Sequence record: PP430345
From: Escherichia phage vB_EcoM-LTH01
DNA: 64,000 nucleotides
Reading direction: 5' to 3' (one strand)
Within the stretch, counting starts at the first letter, position 1. Each line of letters opens with the position of its first letter. The notes below the pieces were generated by a model. It saw only the letters and a program-made list of their open reading frames with translations. It made no database searches and was not told where the DNA came from. The position numbers and the translations under genes were made by a program. Positions 35,277 through 44,227 of this stretch are shown piece after piece.

Positions 35277-35572
35277 AAAGGTTAATCATTTTATGTATAC
35301 TTCTTCTTGTTGGTTGCGGAGAGGGTGAAGATGAGCAGACAAAGCGATACAAAAATCTACCTTCTCTGATGCCAACAGAGGTTAAGGAGTTACACGAATT
35401 TTGCAAGAAGCAACACAATTATTACAACAGTTATGCGGTTGTTGTTGATGGTGAAGCAAAATCTGTAATTTGCAAGTTCAAAGATAGTGAACGTGAAAAA
35501 GGTATCTCCTCAGGTTATACGTGGGATGCTCAAAGTTTAAGAGATAAAATGAAGGGGGTTAAAAATGAGTAA
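35273..35572 (+). CDS. putative lipoprotein (99 aa, TTG start)
   Basis: GGAGG ribosome-binding site; signal peptide with lipobox LVGC. Confidence 0.55.
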   Translation: MKRLIILCILLLVGCGEGEDEQTKRYKNLPSLMPTEVKELHEFCKKQHNYYNSYAVVVDGEAKSVICKFKDSEREKGISSGYTWDAQSLRDKMKGVKNE

Positions 35573-35753
35573 TGATCTTAGTTCACATGCGGTAATGGGA
35601 CCTGGTGGTGCACTGATCGGGATCGCAATCACAAAAGGTATTGCAAATGAAATTATCATGGAGTTTCAAAAGAAAGGTCGAACGGGTTACTATGCAACCC
35701 CTGTAGAAAGTTGGATGTTAGATTACTTTAAAGACGATACCGAGGAGGCTTAA
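35565..35753 (+). CDS. hypothetical protein (62 aa)
   Basis: ORF. Confidence 0.5.
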   Translation: MSNDLSSHAVMGPGGALIGIAITKGIANEIIMEFQKKGRTGYYATPVESWMLDYFKDDTEEA

Positions 35754-36340
35754 TGGAATACATTAGTTGGTTGTTTATCTTATCTGCGTGGGTTATCTTT
35801 GCTATCTGGTTAGCCCCTGTGATCATCGCTTTCCGTCGTAATCACAAGAACAAGGTTGTAATTTTAGCTTTGTCATTCTTTACTTCAATGATCCCTTACC
35901 CGCTTGCATTGTTTGCTTGTTGGATAGTTCTGTTGGCTTGGTCATTGTATAAAGTTTCAGTGGTCAATGATGGCTCAAAGTCTGCATATTTAGATTCTAA
36001 GTATCTTGAGTATGCAAAAGGACCGCAAGGTTTACCTGGTCCAATGGGTCCCCGTGGAGAGTCTGCTTATGAAACATACCTGAGAATTCTTCGTAAAGAA
36101 GATCCTAGCGCTATCCCACTAAATGAGAAGGATTGGCTGGATAGTTTAAAAGGGTTGGATGGTGACAAAGGTGATCGAGGGCCATCTGCATACGATCTGT
36201 ATTGCTTATCTGTATGGTCCAAAGGTGATGGTAAAGTACCTCTGTCTTTAGATGAGTGGCTAGAATCTCTCCGTGGTAAAGATGCAGACGAATTACCTTT
36301 ATCTAAAAAAGGTGTCGTTAGTCCACCAAAACGTCCTTGA
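35753..36340 (+). CDS. membrane-anchored protein with a tail-fibre-like repeat domain
   Basis: N-terminal hydrophobic helices; then GPQGLPGPMGPRG and two repeats of the SAYE/D.Y...(D/E)WL(D/E)SL(K/R)G type. Confidence 0.6.
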   Translation: MEYISWLFILSAWVIFAIWLAPVIIAFRRNHKNKVVILALSFFTSMIPYPLALFACWIVLLAWSLYKVSVVNDGSKSAYLDSKYLEYAKGPQGLPGPMGPRGESAYETYLRILRKEDPSAIPLNEKDWLDSLKGLDGDKGDRGPSAYDLYCLSVWSKGDGKVPLSLDEWLESLRGKDADELPLSKKGVVSPPKRP

Positions 36341-36394
36341 CAGAAAGTTAAGTGTGGGGCATAATGGCCCCACTTAAACAACAGAGGAAAGAAG

Positions 36395-36775
36395 ATGAGT
36401 ATTTTTGACGGTAAAGATTATTTGGTTGCTGATTGGATTCCTATCTCTGCGACACGTAACATTCACATTTACGATGGTGTTAAGAATTTGAATACGACGA
36501 TCATCTACACAAACAGTGAAGAAGACCGTGAAATGCAAATCATGAGTGTCTTCGGTATTGATGATGAGAATAAGATTGAAAAAGGTCGTGCTCGTATTGG
36601 TATCGACATTTTCGACCTGTCTGGTGACCAAAGTGCAGATCCCGTAAACATTGACCGTTCTCGTGTGTTTGCTCACAAAGAAGAACAATTTACGGAAGAA
36701 CTTATTAAAGACTTGCAGATGATCAACACTTTGTTTGATAATGTTCATGAAAAAGTTAAGCGAGTTTATCTCTAA
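36395..36775 (+). CDS. hypothetical protein (126 aa)
   Basis: ORF with GAGGAAAG ribosome-binding site. Confidence 0.6.
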   Translation: MSIFDGKDYLVADWIPISATRNIHIYDGVKNLNTTIIYTNSEEDREMQIMSVFGIDDENKIEKGRARIGIDIFDLSGDQSADPVNIDRSRVFAHKEEQFTEELIKDLQMINTLFDNVHEKVKRVYL

Positions 36776-36858
36776 AAGTTGTTTGCAATTCAAATAAGTT
36801 AGTTGTAATATAGTTTCTCGGCCTTAAGTGGTGTGTTCAATAGTTAAAGGAGATTTAA

Positions 36859-38034
36859 ATGTCTGAAGTTAAAGTTATCAATGCTGTATACGATGCTGTT
36901 TCCGATACCACAGTAAACATTGCAGCAGGTACGATTGAACGTATCCTCATTAAACGTATTAATGAAGATGGTAGTCCACGCGTTACCACCTTTAAAGATA
37001 AGAATACAGGTCAGCAAAAAAGCATTAACAATACCCACCGCTATGCAGTTCTTCTGAAAGAAGGTGAAGACCAGGCTTGGATTTCTTTTGGTGAAGGTGA
37101 AGTTAAAAACCTGAAGTATGAGAATCAGTTCCAGATTAAAAATCCTGAAGGTGGTTACACTGATCTTAAAGAAGGTATGAAAATTCGCTTACCTGTTGTT
37201 ATCAAGACCTACACCAAACAAGATGGTAGTCAGGGTTCTTCTACGGAAGGTAAGAAAGCACGTATCAAGATTACTGACGCATCCGGTGCTCGTGAGCCTC
37301 GTCAGCAACAGCAGCAATCAAGTGGTTCCCAACAGCAGCAAAAGCCGTCTGGTGGTGCAGCTAAGAAGATTTATGGTGATATCACATCTATCGAAGGCAA
37401 TAAGGTAGTTGTTAAGCTGGAAGACGGCACAGAAGTTACTGTAAACCTCACTGATGAACAGACGGGTCAGATTACAGAAGGTGGTCGTATTGCAGGTGTT
37501 CGTTCAGATGATGGTACGGTTACAAGCTTTAAAGCTTACGGTCCAAAAGGTGCAAATACTGGAACAGGATCACGTTCAGGTAAAGGTAAAGACGATCTGC
37601 CTATTCGTTTAGGTAATGCACTGTCTATCACAGATGCGATGTTCCCGAATGAAACGATCGCAAATCAGGGTATTGTTGTAGAGCAAGTTCTTGCAGCGAT
37701 GGACTCCATTAAAGCAAAACTTCGCGAAGAGTTTAAATCTATGGATGATTATTCTTTTGGTGCTCGTTTAGGCCAGTGTGGTATTCTTTCTGCCCGTTGG
37801 GGAAGTAATAACATTGAAACGTTTATTGCTAAAACAGAAGAGAATTTCCGATTTATCTGTCAGTTGGAAGATAAGATCCGTAACGGGGCTTCAACCCCTA
37901 AGCAAGAAGAAAAGAAATCTGAGCCGGAACCGCAGTTAACTCCGTCAGCAGAAGATTCACCTACACCTGATATCGAAGGCCATGTGAATATGTCTGTAGA
38001 TGATATGGATTTTGACGACGATATTCCGTTTTGA
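36859..38034 (+). CDS. ssb: single-stranded DNA-binding protein (unusually long, 391 aa, Gln-rich linker)
   Basis: C-terminal acidic tail DDMDFDDDIPF matches the conserved bacterial SSB tip (DDDIPF); AAGGAG ribosome-binding site; last gene of the plus block. Confidence 0.7.
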   Translation: MSEVKVINAVYDAVSDTTVNIAAGTIERILIKRINEDGSPRVTTFKDKNTGQQKSINNTHRYAVLLKEGEDQAWISFGEGEVKNLKYENQFQIKNPEGGYTDLKEGMKIRLPVVIKTYTKQDGSQGSSTEGKKARIKITDASGAREPRQQQQQSSGSQQQQKPSGGAAKKIYGDITSIEGNKVVVKLEDGTEVTVNLTDEQTGQITEGGRIAGVRSDDGTVTSFKAYGPKGANTGTGSRSGKGKDDLPIRLGNALSITDAMFPNETIANQGIVVEQVLAAMDSIKAKLREEFKSMDDYSFGARLGQCGILSARWGSNNIETFIAKTEENFRFICQLEDKIRNGASTPKQEEKKSEPEPQLTPSAEDSPTPDIEGHVNMSVDDMDFDDDIPF

Positions 38035-38048
38035 TCGTAAAATTTAGA

Positions 38049-38084
38049 TAAAAATAAAGGCGCTCATTTGAGCGCCTTTTCTTT
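38049..38084. terminator. bidirectional rho-independent terminator between the convergent plus and minus blocks
   Basis: AAAGGCGCTCA-TTT-GAGCGCCTTT flanked by an A-tract and a T-tract. Confidence 0.7.
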
Positions 38085-39318
38085 ATGCTGGAATAACTAT
38101 ACCTTCCAAGTTAAACTTCTGAGCTATCGTATTAGAGGCCGTAAAGTCAGCAGGGTACATAGCCCCTGTGTAACCTCTCCCTGTCCAGTAAAGATTACCA
38201 TTGCCACTAACAATTACTTTAAAAGTGTCAGCCAATGAGCCAGTCATATGGAGAATGCCGCCATCATCTATAATATCTTGATGTATGCTTTCAAAAGATG
38301 TTGCGTTGGTGGTTATAGGAAGATCTCTAAATAAGGAGTATGTGTATCCACCTTGTCCACCTGTCGATTGATAAACTCCATTAACCCTGTCAGAGATGAA
38401 TACTTGCAGTGCTGCCCTAGTGCTCACACTTGCGTTTGTATAACTGATCTGGTTAGTTAGGTAAACTTCAACTCCAGCAGGAATGCTTGCCATAGGTGCT
38501 AAATTAGGACCGAGGACGTTGGTTGAGTTTATCCCTGCTCTTGCTGCCGATCCAACTGCATCCCATGACCCATCTTCCCTCTGTGCAACAATAAGTATAA
38601 TAGATTGAGCACCTGAACCGCCAGCCGTGTTAGCCACTTGACCACGAGCACATTTTGCCCTAATATATCTTACAGAAGGGTCCCCAATAGTTGTCCAAGT
38701 TGATAATATTGTTCCGGCAGAAGTACCTGCTACTTGATCTACACCATTGTCGCCTCGGTATTTTAAAGTCCCATCAACCTCGACACGAATAGCATTATAG
38801 TTTGCAAAATACAGATATTTTGTTTTTTCACCCCAAGCTATTTGGGGTCCGTCTGGAAGAAGTCTATAAACAGTGCCGTCAGGTTGGATCGCATATGATC
38901 TAGCTATTTGTATTGCGGAAGATAAGATATTTACGCCGTCAACAATGTATGCAGATTCAGGCAAGACGTTCCAACTGTTTTGGAGAGTTGTGTCAACAGC
39001 GGGGAAGATTACGGCAGAGATATATTCATAGTGGTTATTATTTTTCTTAACCCATACACCGCCGTACAGTGTACTGTCTGTGCCTGCCTCATAAACTTCT
39101 TCGACACCCGTGTTAGTGAGTGTCCATCCAGAAGTTGCATTATTTGTGGTCCCTGTTTTACCAAGCCCGTTTAAATAATTAGATCCGGTTACATACAGAT
39201 GCCCATTAGTAAGCAAAATAAAAATATTTCCTGTACTGGTGCTTACGGCATATTTGATTGTAACGCCTACAGGCAGCGGAACACCGCCGCCGAAGTTAAT
39301 AATTGGAAAAGGGATCAT
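38083..39318 (-). CDS. putative distal tail fibre / receptor-binding protein (411 aa)
   Basis: Last gene of the structural operon, next to the 1077-aa fibre gene; Gly/Thr/Asn/Tyr-rich beta-type composition. Confidence 0.4.
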   Translation of the reverse strand: MIPFPIINFGGGVPLPVGVTIKYAVSTSTGNIFILLTNGHLYVTGSNYLNGLGKTGTTNNATSGWTLTNTGVEEVYEAGTDSTLYGGVWVKKNNNHYEYISAVIFPAVDTTLQNSWNVLPESAYIVDGVNILSSAIQIARSYAIQPDGTVYRLLPDGPQIAWGEKTKYLYFANYNAIRVEVDGTLKYRGDNGVDQVAGTSAGTILSTWTTIGDPSVRYIRAKCARGQVANTAGGSGAQSIILIVAQREDGSWDAVGSAARAGINSTNVLGPNLAPMASIPAGVEVYLTNQISYTNASVSTRAALQVFISDRVNGVYQSTGGQGGYTYSLFRDLPITTNATSFESIHQDIIDDGGILHMTGSLADTFKVIVSGNGNLYWTGRGYTGAMYPADFTASNTIAQKFNLEGIVIPA

Positions 39319-39356
39319 TTATCCTCCTAAAAAGAAAAGGCCCCGAAGGGCCTCTA

Positions 39357-42300
39357 TTAGCGACGAGTGATGAATACGTCAATCAATGGGCCTTTGCCAC
39401 GATAAACCATGTTAACTACCGATACAGTGTTTGCATCTGTGTTGATGGTTTCAGTACCGTGTACAACAAACTCCGATCCGAATGTTACCGCATGTCCACC
39501 TGTACCATCCTGTTCAAAGAAGAGGAACACTGACTCACCTTTTCCTGAACTCAACAGGCCAATCGGTGCTTTCACTTCAACATCATTTATAACGTTTACG
39601 TTATATATGCTCGTTGAGCCGTCTGGGATATAAGAAGAAGAGGTGGTGCTTACTTCTTTTGGTGTGGTGCTGAACTTGCTTGCGGAAATGGCGTTTTCAG
39701 AACTAAGGGATTGAACATTTAACGGTACAGTCGGGATATTAAACTGACCAGTTACAGTCAGGTCTGTTATGTTCGCCGTCGTTAACGTAGCTGTCGTGGT
39801 AGACAAAGATGCAGGCTCGATCGCCTTTCCAGACAAGTCGATATTGCCAGAGATGTTACCAACAACAGTCAGGTTTCCACCAACTCGAAGGTTCTTGTTG
39901 ATGTTTGCACCGGAAAGAGAAGTTATCCCGTATGTAGGTGCACCTTCATAATCTTCACCGAATGTACCAGATAATCCAGTTACCGATGTACGAGACTCAA
40001 TGGAAAGGGCACTTACTGTTCCCGTTGAGGTCATAGAAGCAACGTTAACGTCTTGAGAGCTAAGGTCAATGTTGCCAGTTACAGTTCCTGTTACGTTAAG
40101 GTCGCCCTGAATCTCACCTGGTCCACGAACTTCAAGAGCAGGATCACTAGACCCGACAGTACGAGTGATAACCGTGTTACCTGAAGTTACTTTACCAGCA
40201 CGGATATCATCGGTGATGACTTGATCAATGTTGCCTATCCCTGAAACCTCTAAGCTTCCTGCCATTACTTGTCCAGTTGAAATCAAAGAACCAACTTCAG
40301 CTTGACCTGTGGCAACAATTGCAGTAGTCTGAATCTCAACTTGAGCGGTTACGCTACGGGGAGAGATATCTTTACCGTTTATGCTTTCCGCTGTCCCTAA
40401 GGCGTTACCATTCGCGTCCAGAAGAGATCCAAATACCTGTACGTCATTGAAGCTTGCTTGACCTTGAACAGATGTGATATTACCAGCGGTGATAGTCAAA
40501 CCATCATTTAAGGTAACAGCACCTTCCAAGAGGCTAGTCTCTTCGACACGTAGCGTTTTAGTTCTCACAGACGTTGCAGACTGCACACTATTTGGAAGAA
40601 TGTCTTGACCAGTGACGTTTGCAAAGAATTGCTCACCATTGGCATTTGTCAGGTTTCCAGTTACCTGAAGATCTACCGTAGTAATCTTTTGATTGTTGGT
40701 TATGTTATTAGCAGTAACCTCGTCAAAAGTTGATCCACGAGTAACCGTCAGGGTATTAACCTGAATGTCCCGCCCAGTGAGGTCTACTTCAAAACCTGTT
40801 ACAGTTCCCGTGATTGTCAGGTTATTTACCTGAGTTTCTCCAGTGGCTGTCAGGTTTGCCGTTGTAACGCTCTCAGAAGCTTCTACAGACGTTGTTTCCA
40901 CAGAGGATGGGAGAATGTCTTGTCCGTCAACATTTCCCGTTACAGTGATTCCTGTGGTGGTTCCTGTGACTACAAGATTGTTAACCGTTGTGGTCGAAGT
41001 TGTTCCTGCGGTAATGTCGCCACTAACTGAGAGGCTCGCACCATCAATTGCAGCAGCCGTTATGTCCCCAGTATCTAAGCTTTGGATACTTAACTCACCG
41101 TCTAGAGTAATATCACCACGAACACGCATGTTGTTACCAACATCGATGTTTCCTGTGGTTGTCACCGAAGAAGGAGAGATTGCTTCACCATCAATAGAGA
41201 CTGTAACTCCCGTCAGGTTTCCAGTGATCTCAAGATCCTTGATCGTTGCCTTGTTAGTCACTGTCAGATCTTGGAATTCAACAGCAGAAGTTCCAAAGTC
41301 GATATCGGCCCTGAGTGTTCCATTAACCGTCAGGTTGTTTACCGTAACATCGCCGGAAGCAGTAGTAGGTCCAGTAATGTTTAAGCTCTCTGCCACAGTA
41401 ACAGATGTTGCACTCACATTACGAGGGGAAATGTCTTTCCCGTCAACACCGATTCCAGCACCCGTGAGAGTACCTTCGATTCTTACATTTTTCAATACTG
41501 TATTGCCAGCAACGGCAAGATCTGCACCGAGAGTTGTATTTCCCTTGACCTCCGCAGTTCTTTCAACCACAATGCTGTTAGGATTAATATCCAGACCTTC
41601 AACGTCAGCCTTCAATCCTTCAATGGTGTTCGTCACACGAAGAGTATTTATTTCCGCAATACCGTCAACGATCAGCTGTGGGCGGTCTTCTGCGTTATTG
41701 GCATTACCCTCTAAGTGAAGATAGTCACCTTGCATGAATCCATCAACATCAAGAGAATTCGTGGAAACAGAGGTATTTCCAACCTTGATCTCTCTCGCAG
41801 TTATATTATCGCTATCAACAACACCAGTGGTGACTTGGAAAGGCTTTATATTTGTTCTTTTGGTTAACCCTGCCTGGGGTGGAACGCCATTTTGTTCAAA
41901 TGCGATTTCTGCGTCTGTGCCTGTCATTCGTAATCTTTTTAAAGATAATTCGGCATCAAGAGCAGCGATCCTGTCGCCAGTGAAGATGGTTTCTCCACTT
42001 ACATAGAGATCTTTCAGACTCGCATCATCTGCAACGATAATGTTTTGGAATTCACCTTTGGACTCTTCAAGAACCTCACCACGTACTTTTTCTATTTCTC
42101 GGCTAACCCAAGCGGTGTTCGCGATAGTAAATGAGCTATCACCTTCAGCAGCAAGAGGTACAGTAGGGTTTCCACGGAAGACAGGGGAAAGGATAGGGGC
42201 GTAAGTTTCTTGAATGTTACCTTTATCGAAGAAAGGTCTGAACTTCCCGTCGTTGATCGGACTGTCTCGCATAACGACAGGGGTACTAGTAGTTGCACCT

Positions 42301-42590
42301 GGGGCATACCACCAAGTTACGTTGCCATTTACATCGGTAAAGGCATACAACTGATTGAATTCAATAACTGAACTTCCATTTCTCCACGGTAACGGTGGAG
42401 TTTTGAAATAAAAGTTATCAATTATTGCTTTACGTACACTCGGGATTAAGCTACCATCTTCTGTAACAGCTTGTTCAGTTGCTGTGCCGTTGACGATCAA
42501 ATGAAGTCTTCGAGAGTCTTCGATGATCTGATCAACAGCAAGGTCTGCTTCGGTGCTTACCAGTGCCAATATATCAGTATTAGACGACAC
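39357..42590 (-). CDS. large tail fibre / spike-like protein (1077 aa) with internal Thr/Asn/Val/Gly-rich repeats
   Basis: Long ORF in the tail module; repeated NLT(V/I)(T/N)G..TG and VTV motifs. Confidence 0.55.
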   Translation of the reverse strand: MSSNTDILALVSTEADLAVDQIIEDSRRLHLIVNGTATEQAVTEDGSLIPSVRKAIIDNFYFKTPPLPWRNGSSVIEFNQLYAFTDVNGNVTWWYAPGATTSTPVVMRDSPINDGKFRPFFDKGNIQETYAPILSPVFRGNPTVPLAAEGDSSFTIANTAWVSREIEKVRGEVLEESKGEFQNIIVADDASLKDLYVSGETIFTGDRIAALDAELSLKRLRMTGTDAEIAFEQNGVPPQAGLTKRTNIKPFQVTTGVVDSDNITAREIKVGNTSVSTNSLDVDGFMQGDYLHLEGNANNAEDRPQLIVDGIAEINTLRVTNTIEGLKADVEGLDINPNSIVVERTAEVKGNTTLGADLAVAGNTVLKNVRIEGTLTGAGIGVDGKDISPRNVSATSVTVAESLNITGPTTASGDVTVNNLTVNGTLRADIDFGTSAVEFQDLTVTNKATIKDLEITGNLTGVTVSIDGEAISPSSVTTTGNIDVGNNMRVRGDITLDGELSIQSLDTGDITAAAIDGASLSVSGDITAGTTSTTTVNNLVVTGTTTGITVTGNVDGQDILPSSVETTSVEASESVTTANLTATGETQVNNLTITGTVTGFEVDLTGRDIQVNTLTVTRGSTFDEVTANNITNNQKITTVDLQVTGNLTNANGEQFFANVTGQDILPNSVQSATSVRTKTLRVEETSLLEGAVTLNDGLTITAGNITSVQGQASFNDVQVFGSLLDANGNALGTAESINGKDISPRSVTAQVEIQTTAIVATGQAEVGSLISTGQVMAGSLEVSGIGNIDQVITDDIRAGKVTSGNTVITRTVGSSDPALEVRGPGEIQGDLNVTGTVTGNIDLSSQDVNVASMTSTGTVSALSIESRTSVTGLSGTFGEDYEGAPTYGITSLSGANINKNLRVGGNLTVVGNISGNIDLSGKAIEPASLSTTTATLTTANITDLTVTGQFNIPTVPLNVQSLSSENAISASKFSTTPKEVSTTSSSYIPDGSTSIYNVNVINDVEVKAPIGLLSSGKGESVFLFFEQDGTGGHAVTFGSEFVVHGTETINTDANTVSVVNMVYRGKGPLIDVFITRR

Positions 42591-42602
42591 AGTTTTCTCC
42601 TC

Positions 42603-42863
42603 TTACTTGTTTTCGTCGGAAGGGTCTTTATCTTTTTTCAAAGATAATCCCCAACGGAGGTTGATGAGGTCACTCAACAGGTGTGGGGCCACTACCGTAG
42701 GGGCATAAAGCCATACGTACCATTCAGGCAATGTATTGTTGAATCCATACCAGAGAAAGACGGCAGTCATAGCAGCCATACCTACGTTAGACCAAAACTT
42801 CGTATGAGAAGCTTTATCTGGTTCCACCGCAGAGGTCACTAGGTCTTTGAGAAATTTTAACAT
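42603..42863 (-). CDS. small membrane protein (86 aa)
   Basis: Two hydrophobic helices. Confidence 0.5.
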   Translation of the reverse strand: MLKFLKDLVTSAVEPDKASHTKFWSNVGMAAMTAVFLWYGFNNTLPEWYVWLYAPTVVAPHLLSDLINLRWGLSLKKDKDPSDENK

Positions 42864-42885
42864 AGATCACCTTCATTATCAATGT

Positions 42886-43344
42886 TCATACCATGTGGGC
42901 AATGAGCACTAGAAATATCACTACTGCTGTTCTTATCCATTCCGGTACGGTATTATCCTTCCAAGAATAAACGAACACAAAGGTTTCTATGAAATATTTG
43001 TGAGCGTCTCTAAGAGCGAATTCGTAAACCCATAAGGGGAACAATTCTGGATATTGGATTGCAAACACTTGAATAAGCATGAACGGAATACTTAGGCATA
43101 CGATAAGTTTTTGTCGTAATCCTTTCACTGTACAACCCATAGTGAAAAGCAGTATCGAATCCAATGTCCAGACGACATTAAAATAAAGAGTGATATCGAA
43201 ATTGATTTGCGTAGAGAAGAACCAAAGGATCAGGTTCTCCAATACGAGATAGGCCAGGCAAAGCCCAGCCATTATCTTTGTTCCACTCTCTTTTCGAGTA
43301 GCAAGGATTACGAAACAAATGCCATATATTATGGCTGTAATCAT
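42886..43344 (-). CDS. polytopic membrane protein (152 aa)
   Basis: About four hydrophobic helices. Confidence 0.55.
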   Translation of the reverse strand: MITAIIYGICFVILATRKESGTKIMAGLCLAYLVLENLILWFFSTQINFDITLYFNVVWTLDSILLFTMGCTVKGLRQKLIVCLSIPFMLIQVFAIQYPELFPLWVYEFALRDAHKYFIETFVFVYSWKDNTVPEWIRTAVVIFLVLIAHMV

Positions 43345-43706
43345 TTGCGGTTCTCAATAATTTTGTTTAGTAATTCTCGAATATCCTTCTGTAGAGCGTG
43401 GTTTTCTTCTTTTGCTTCCTTTCGCATATCTGTGATATCGGTCCTAATATCTTGGATCGTATCGGTGATATGTTTTATCTTACGGTCAAGAATGGCATCG
43501 ATACTATCCTTAGTAACCGCAGATTCCTTCAAGCGAAGAACATCTTTTTCAAGCTCACTTTGACGTGACTCTAATTTTTTAAAGTCGGTGTAAAAGATCT
43601 TTAATGCACCCAGCAAAATGAATGTTAAAAGACCCCAAAGTGCTTTCAGAACTGCCATTATATCAACAATCATAAGTCTCCATAGTCGGGCCGAAGCCCG
43701 ACTCAT
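43341..43706 (-). CDS. membrane-anchored coiled-coil protein (121 aa)
   Basis: N-terminal helix (IVDIMAVLKALWGLLTFILLGALKIF) then heptad-like charged region. Confidence 0.55.
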   Translation of the reverse strand: MSRASARLWRLMIVDIMAVLKALWGLLTFILLGALKIFYTDFKKLESRQSELEKDVLRLKESAVTKDSIDAILDRKIKHITDTIQDIRTDITDMRKEAKEENHALQKDIRELLNKIIENRK

Positions 43707-43712
43707 CTAAGG

Positions 43713-44225
43713 TTAAAAGGTGAACTCTGACCAGTCGATATCACCAGGGGAGGTGCTATCAGGGATACGCATGACTTTAACTCTCATCTTGCGAAGATCG
43801 TTATATCTCTCAAGCTCATCGTCTGTAGCATCTCCCAATTCAACAGCATCCTGAAGCGGAACGATAACAGAACCGATCACTTGCAGAATGCCAGCCTTTC
43901 TTGCAGCGGTGCTAAAAGCAGGGTCATAATCTGCCTTAACTACCTGTTTACCGTTGAATGACCAAACACCGCCTTGCAAAGAAAAATCTTTGGGAAGTGT
44001 ATTAAGATCCACAACAGACAAACCACCTGGGTGAAGACGAGTAACCTCTTCACTCTTTGCCCAGCCACGGACAATACTATGTTCATCAAAGAAAACAACA
44101 TATTTCTTTTTGAACAGTTCGCGAGAGTCGTAGAAATCACGACCTTTATCGTCCTGAAAATACTGAACACCTTCTCCAAAAGCTTTAACTTCCGGTGTAT
44201 AAAGCTTGAAGTTATTCATTCTCAT
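43713..44225 (-). CDS. tail fibre assembly protein (Tfa-like chaperone)
   Basis: C-terminal LQDAVELGDATDDELERYNDLRKMRVKVMRIPDSTSPGDIDW resembles the Tfa motif; start moved to the ATG after GGAGGG (track start 44333 overlaps the fibre gene). Confidence 0.65.
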   Translation of the reverse strand: MRMNNFKLYTPEVKAFGEGVQYFQDDKGRDFYDSRELFKKKYVVFFDEHSIVRGWAKSEEVTRLHPGGLSVVDLNTLPKDFSLQGGVWSFNGKQVVKADYDPAFSTAARKAGILQVIGSVIVPLQDAVELGDATDDELERYNDLRKMRVKVMRIPDSTSPGDIDWSEFTF

Positions 44226-44227
44226 AA

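Noticed and set aside
40843-41718. 291-aa ORF on the plus strand inside the large fibre gene
   Set aside because: Antisense to the 1077-aa fibre ORF; the Ser/Thr/Val/Pro-rich translation is an artefact of reading the repeat-rich gene backwards.
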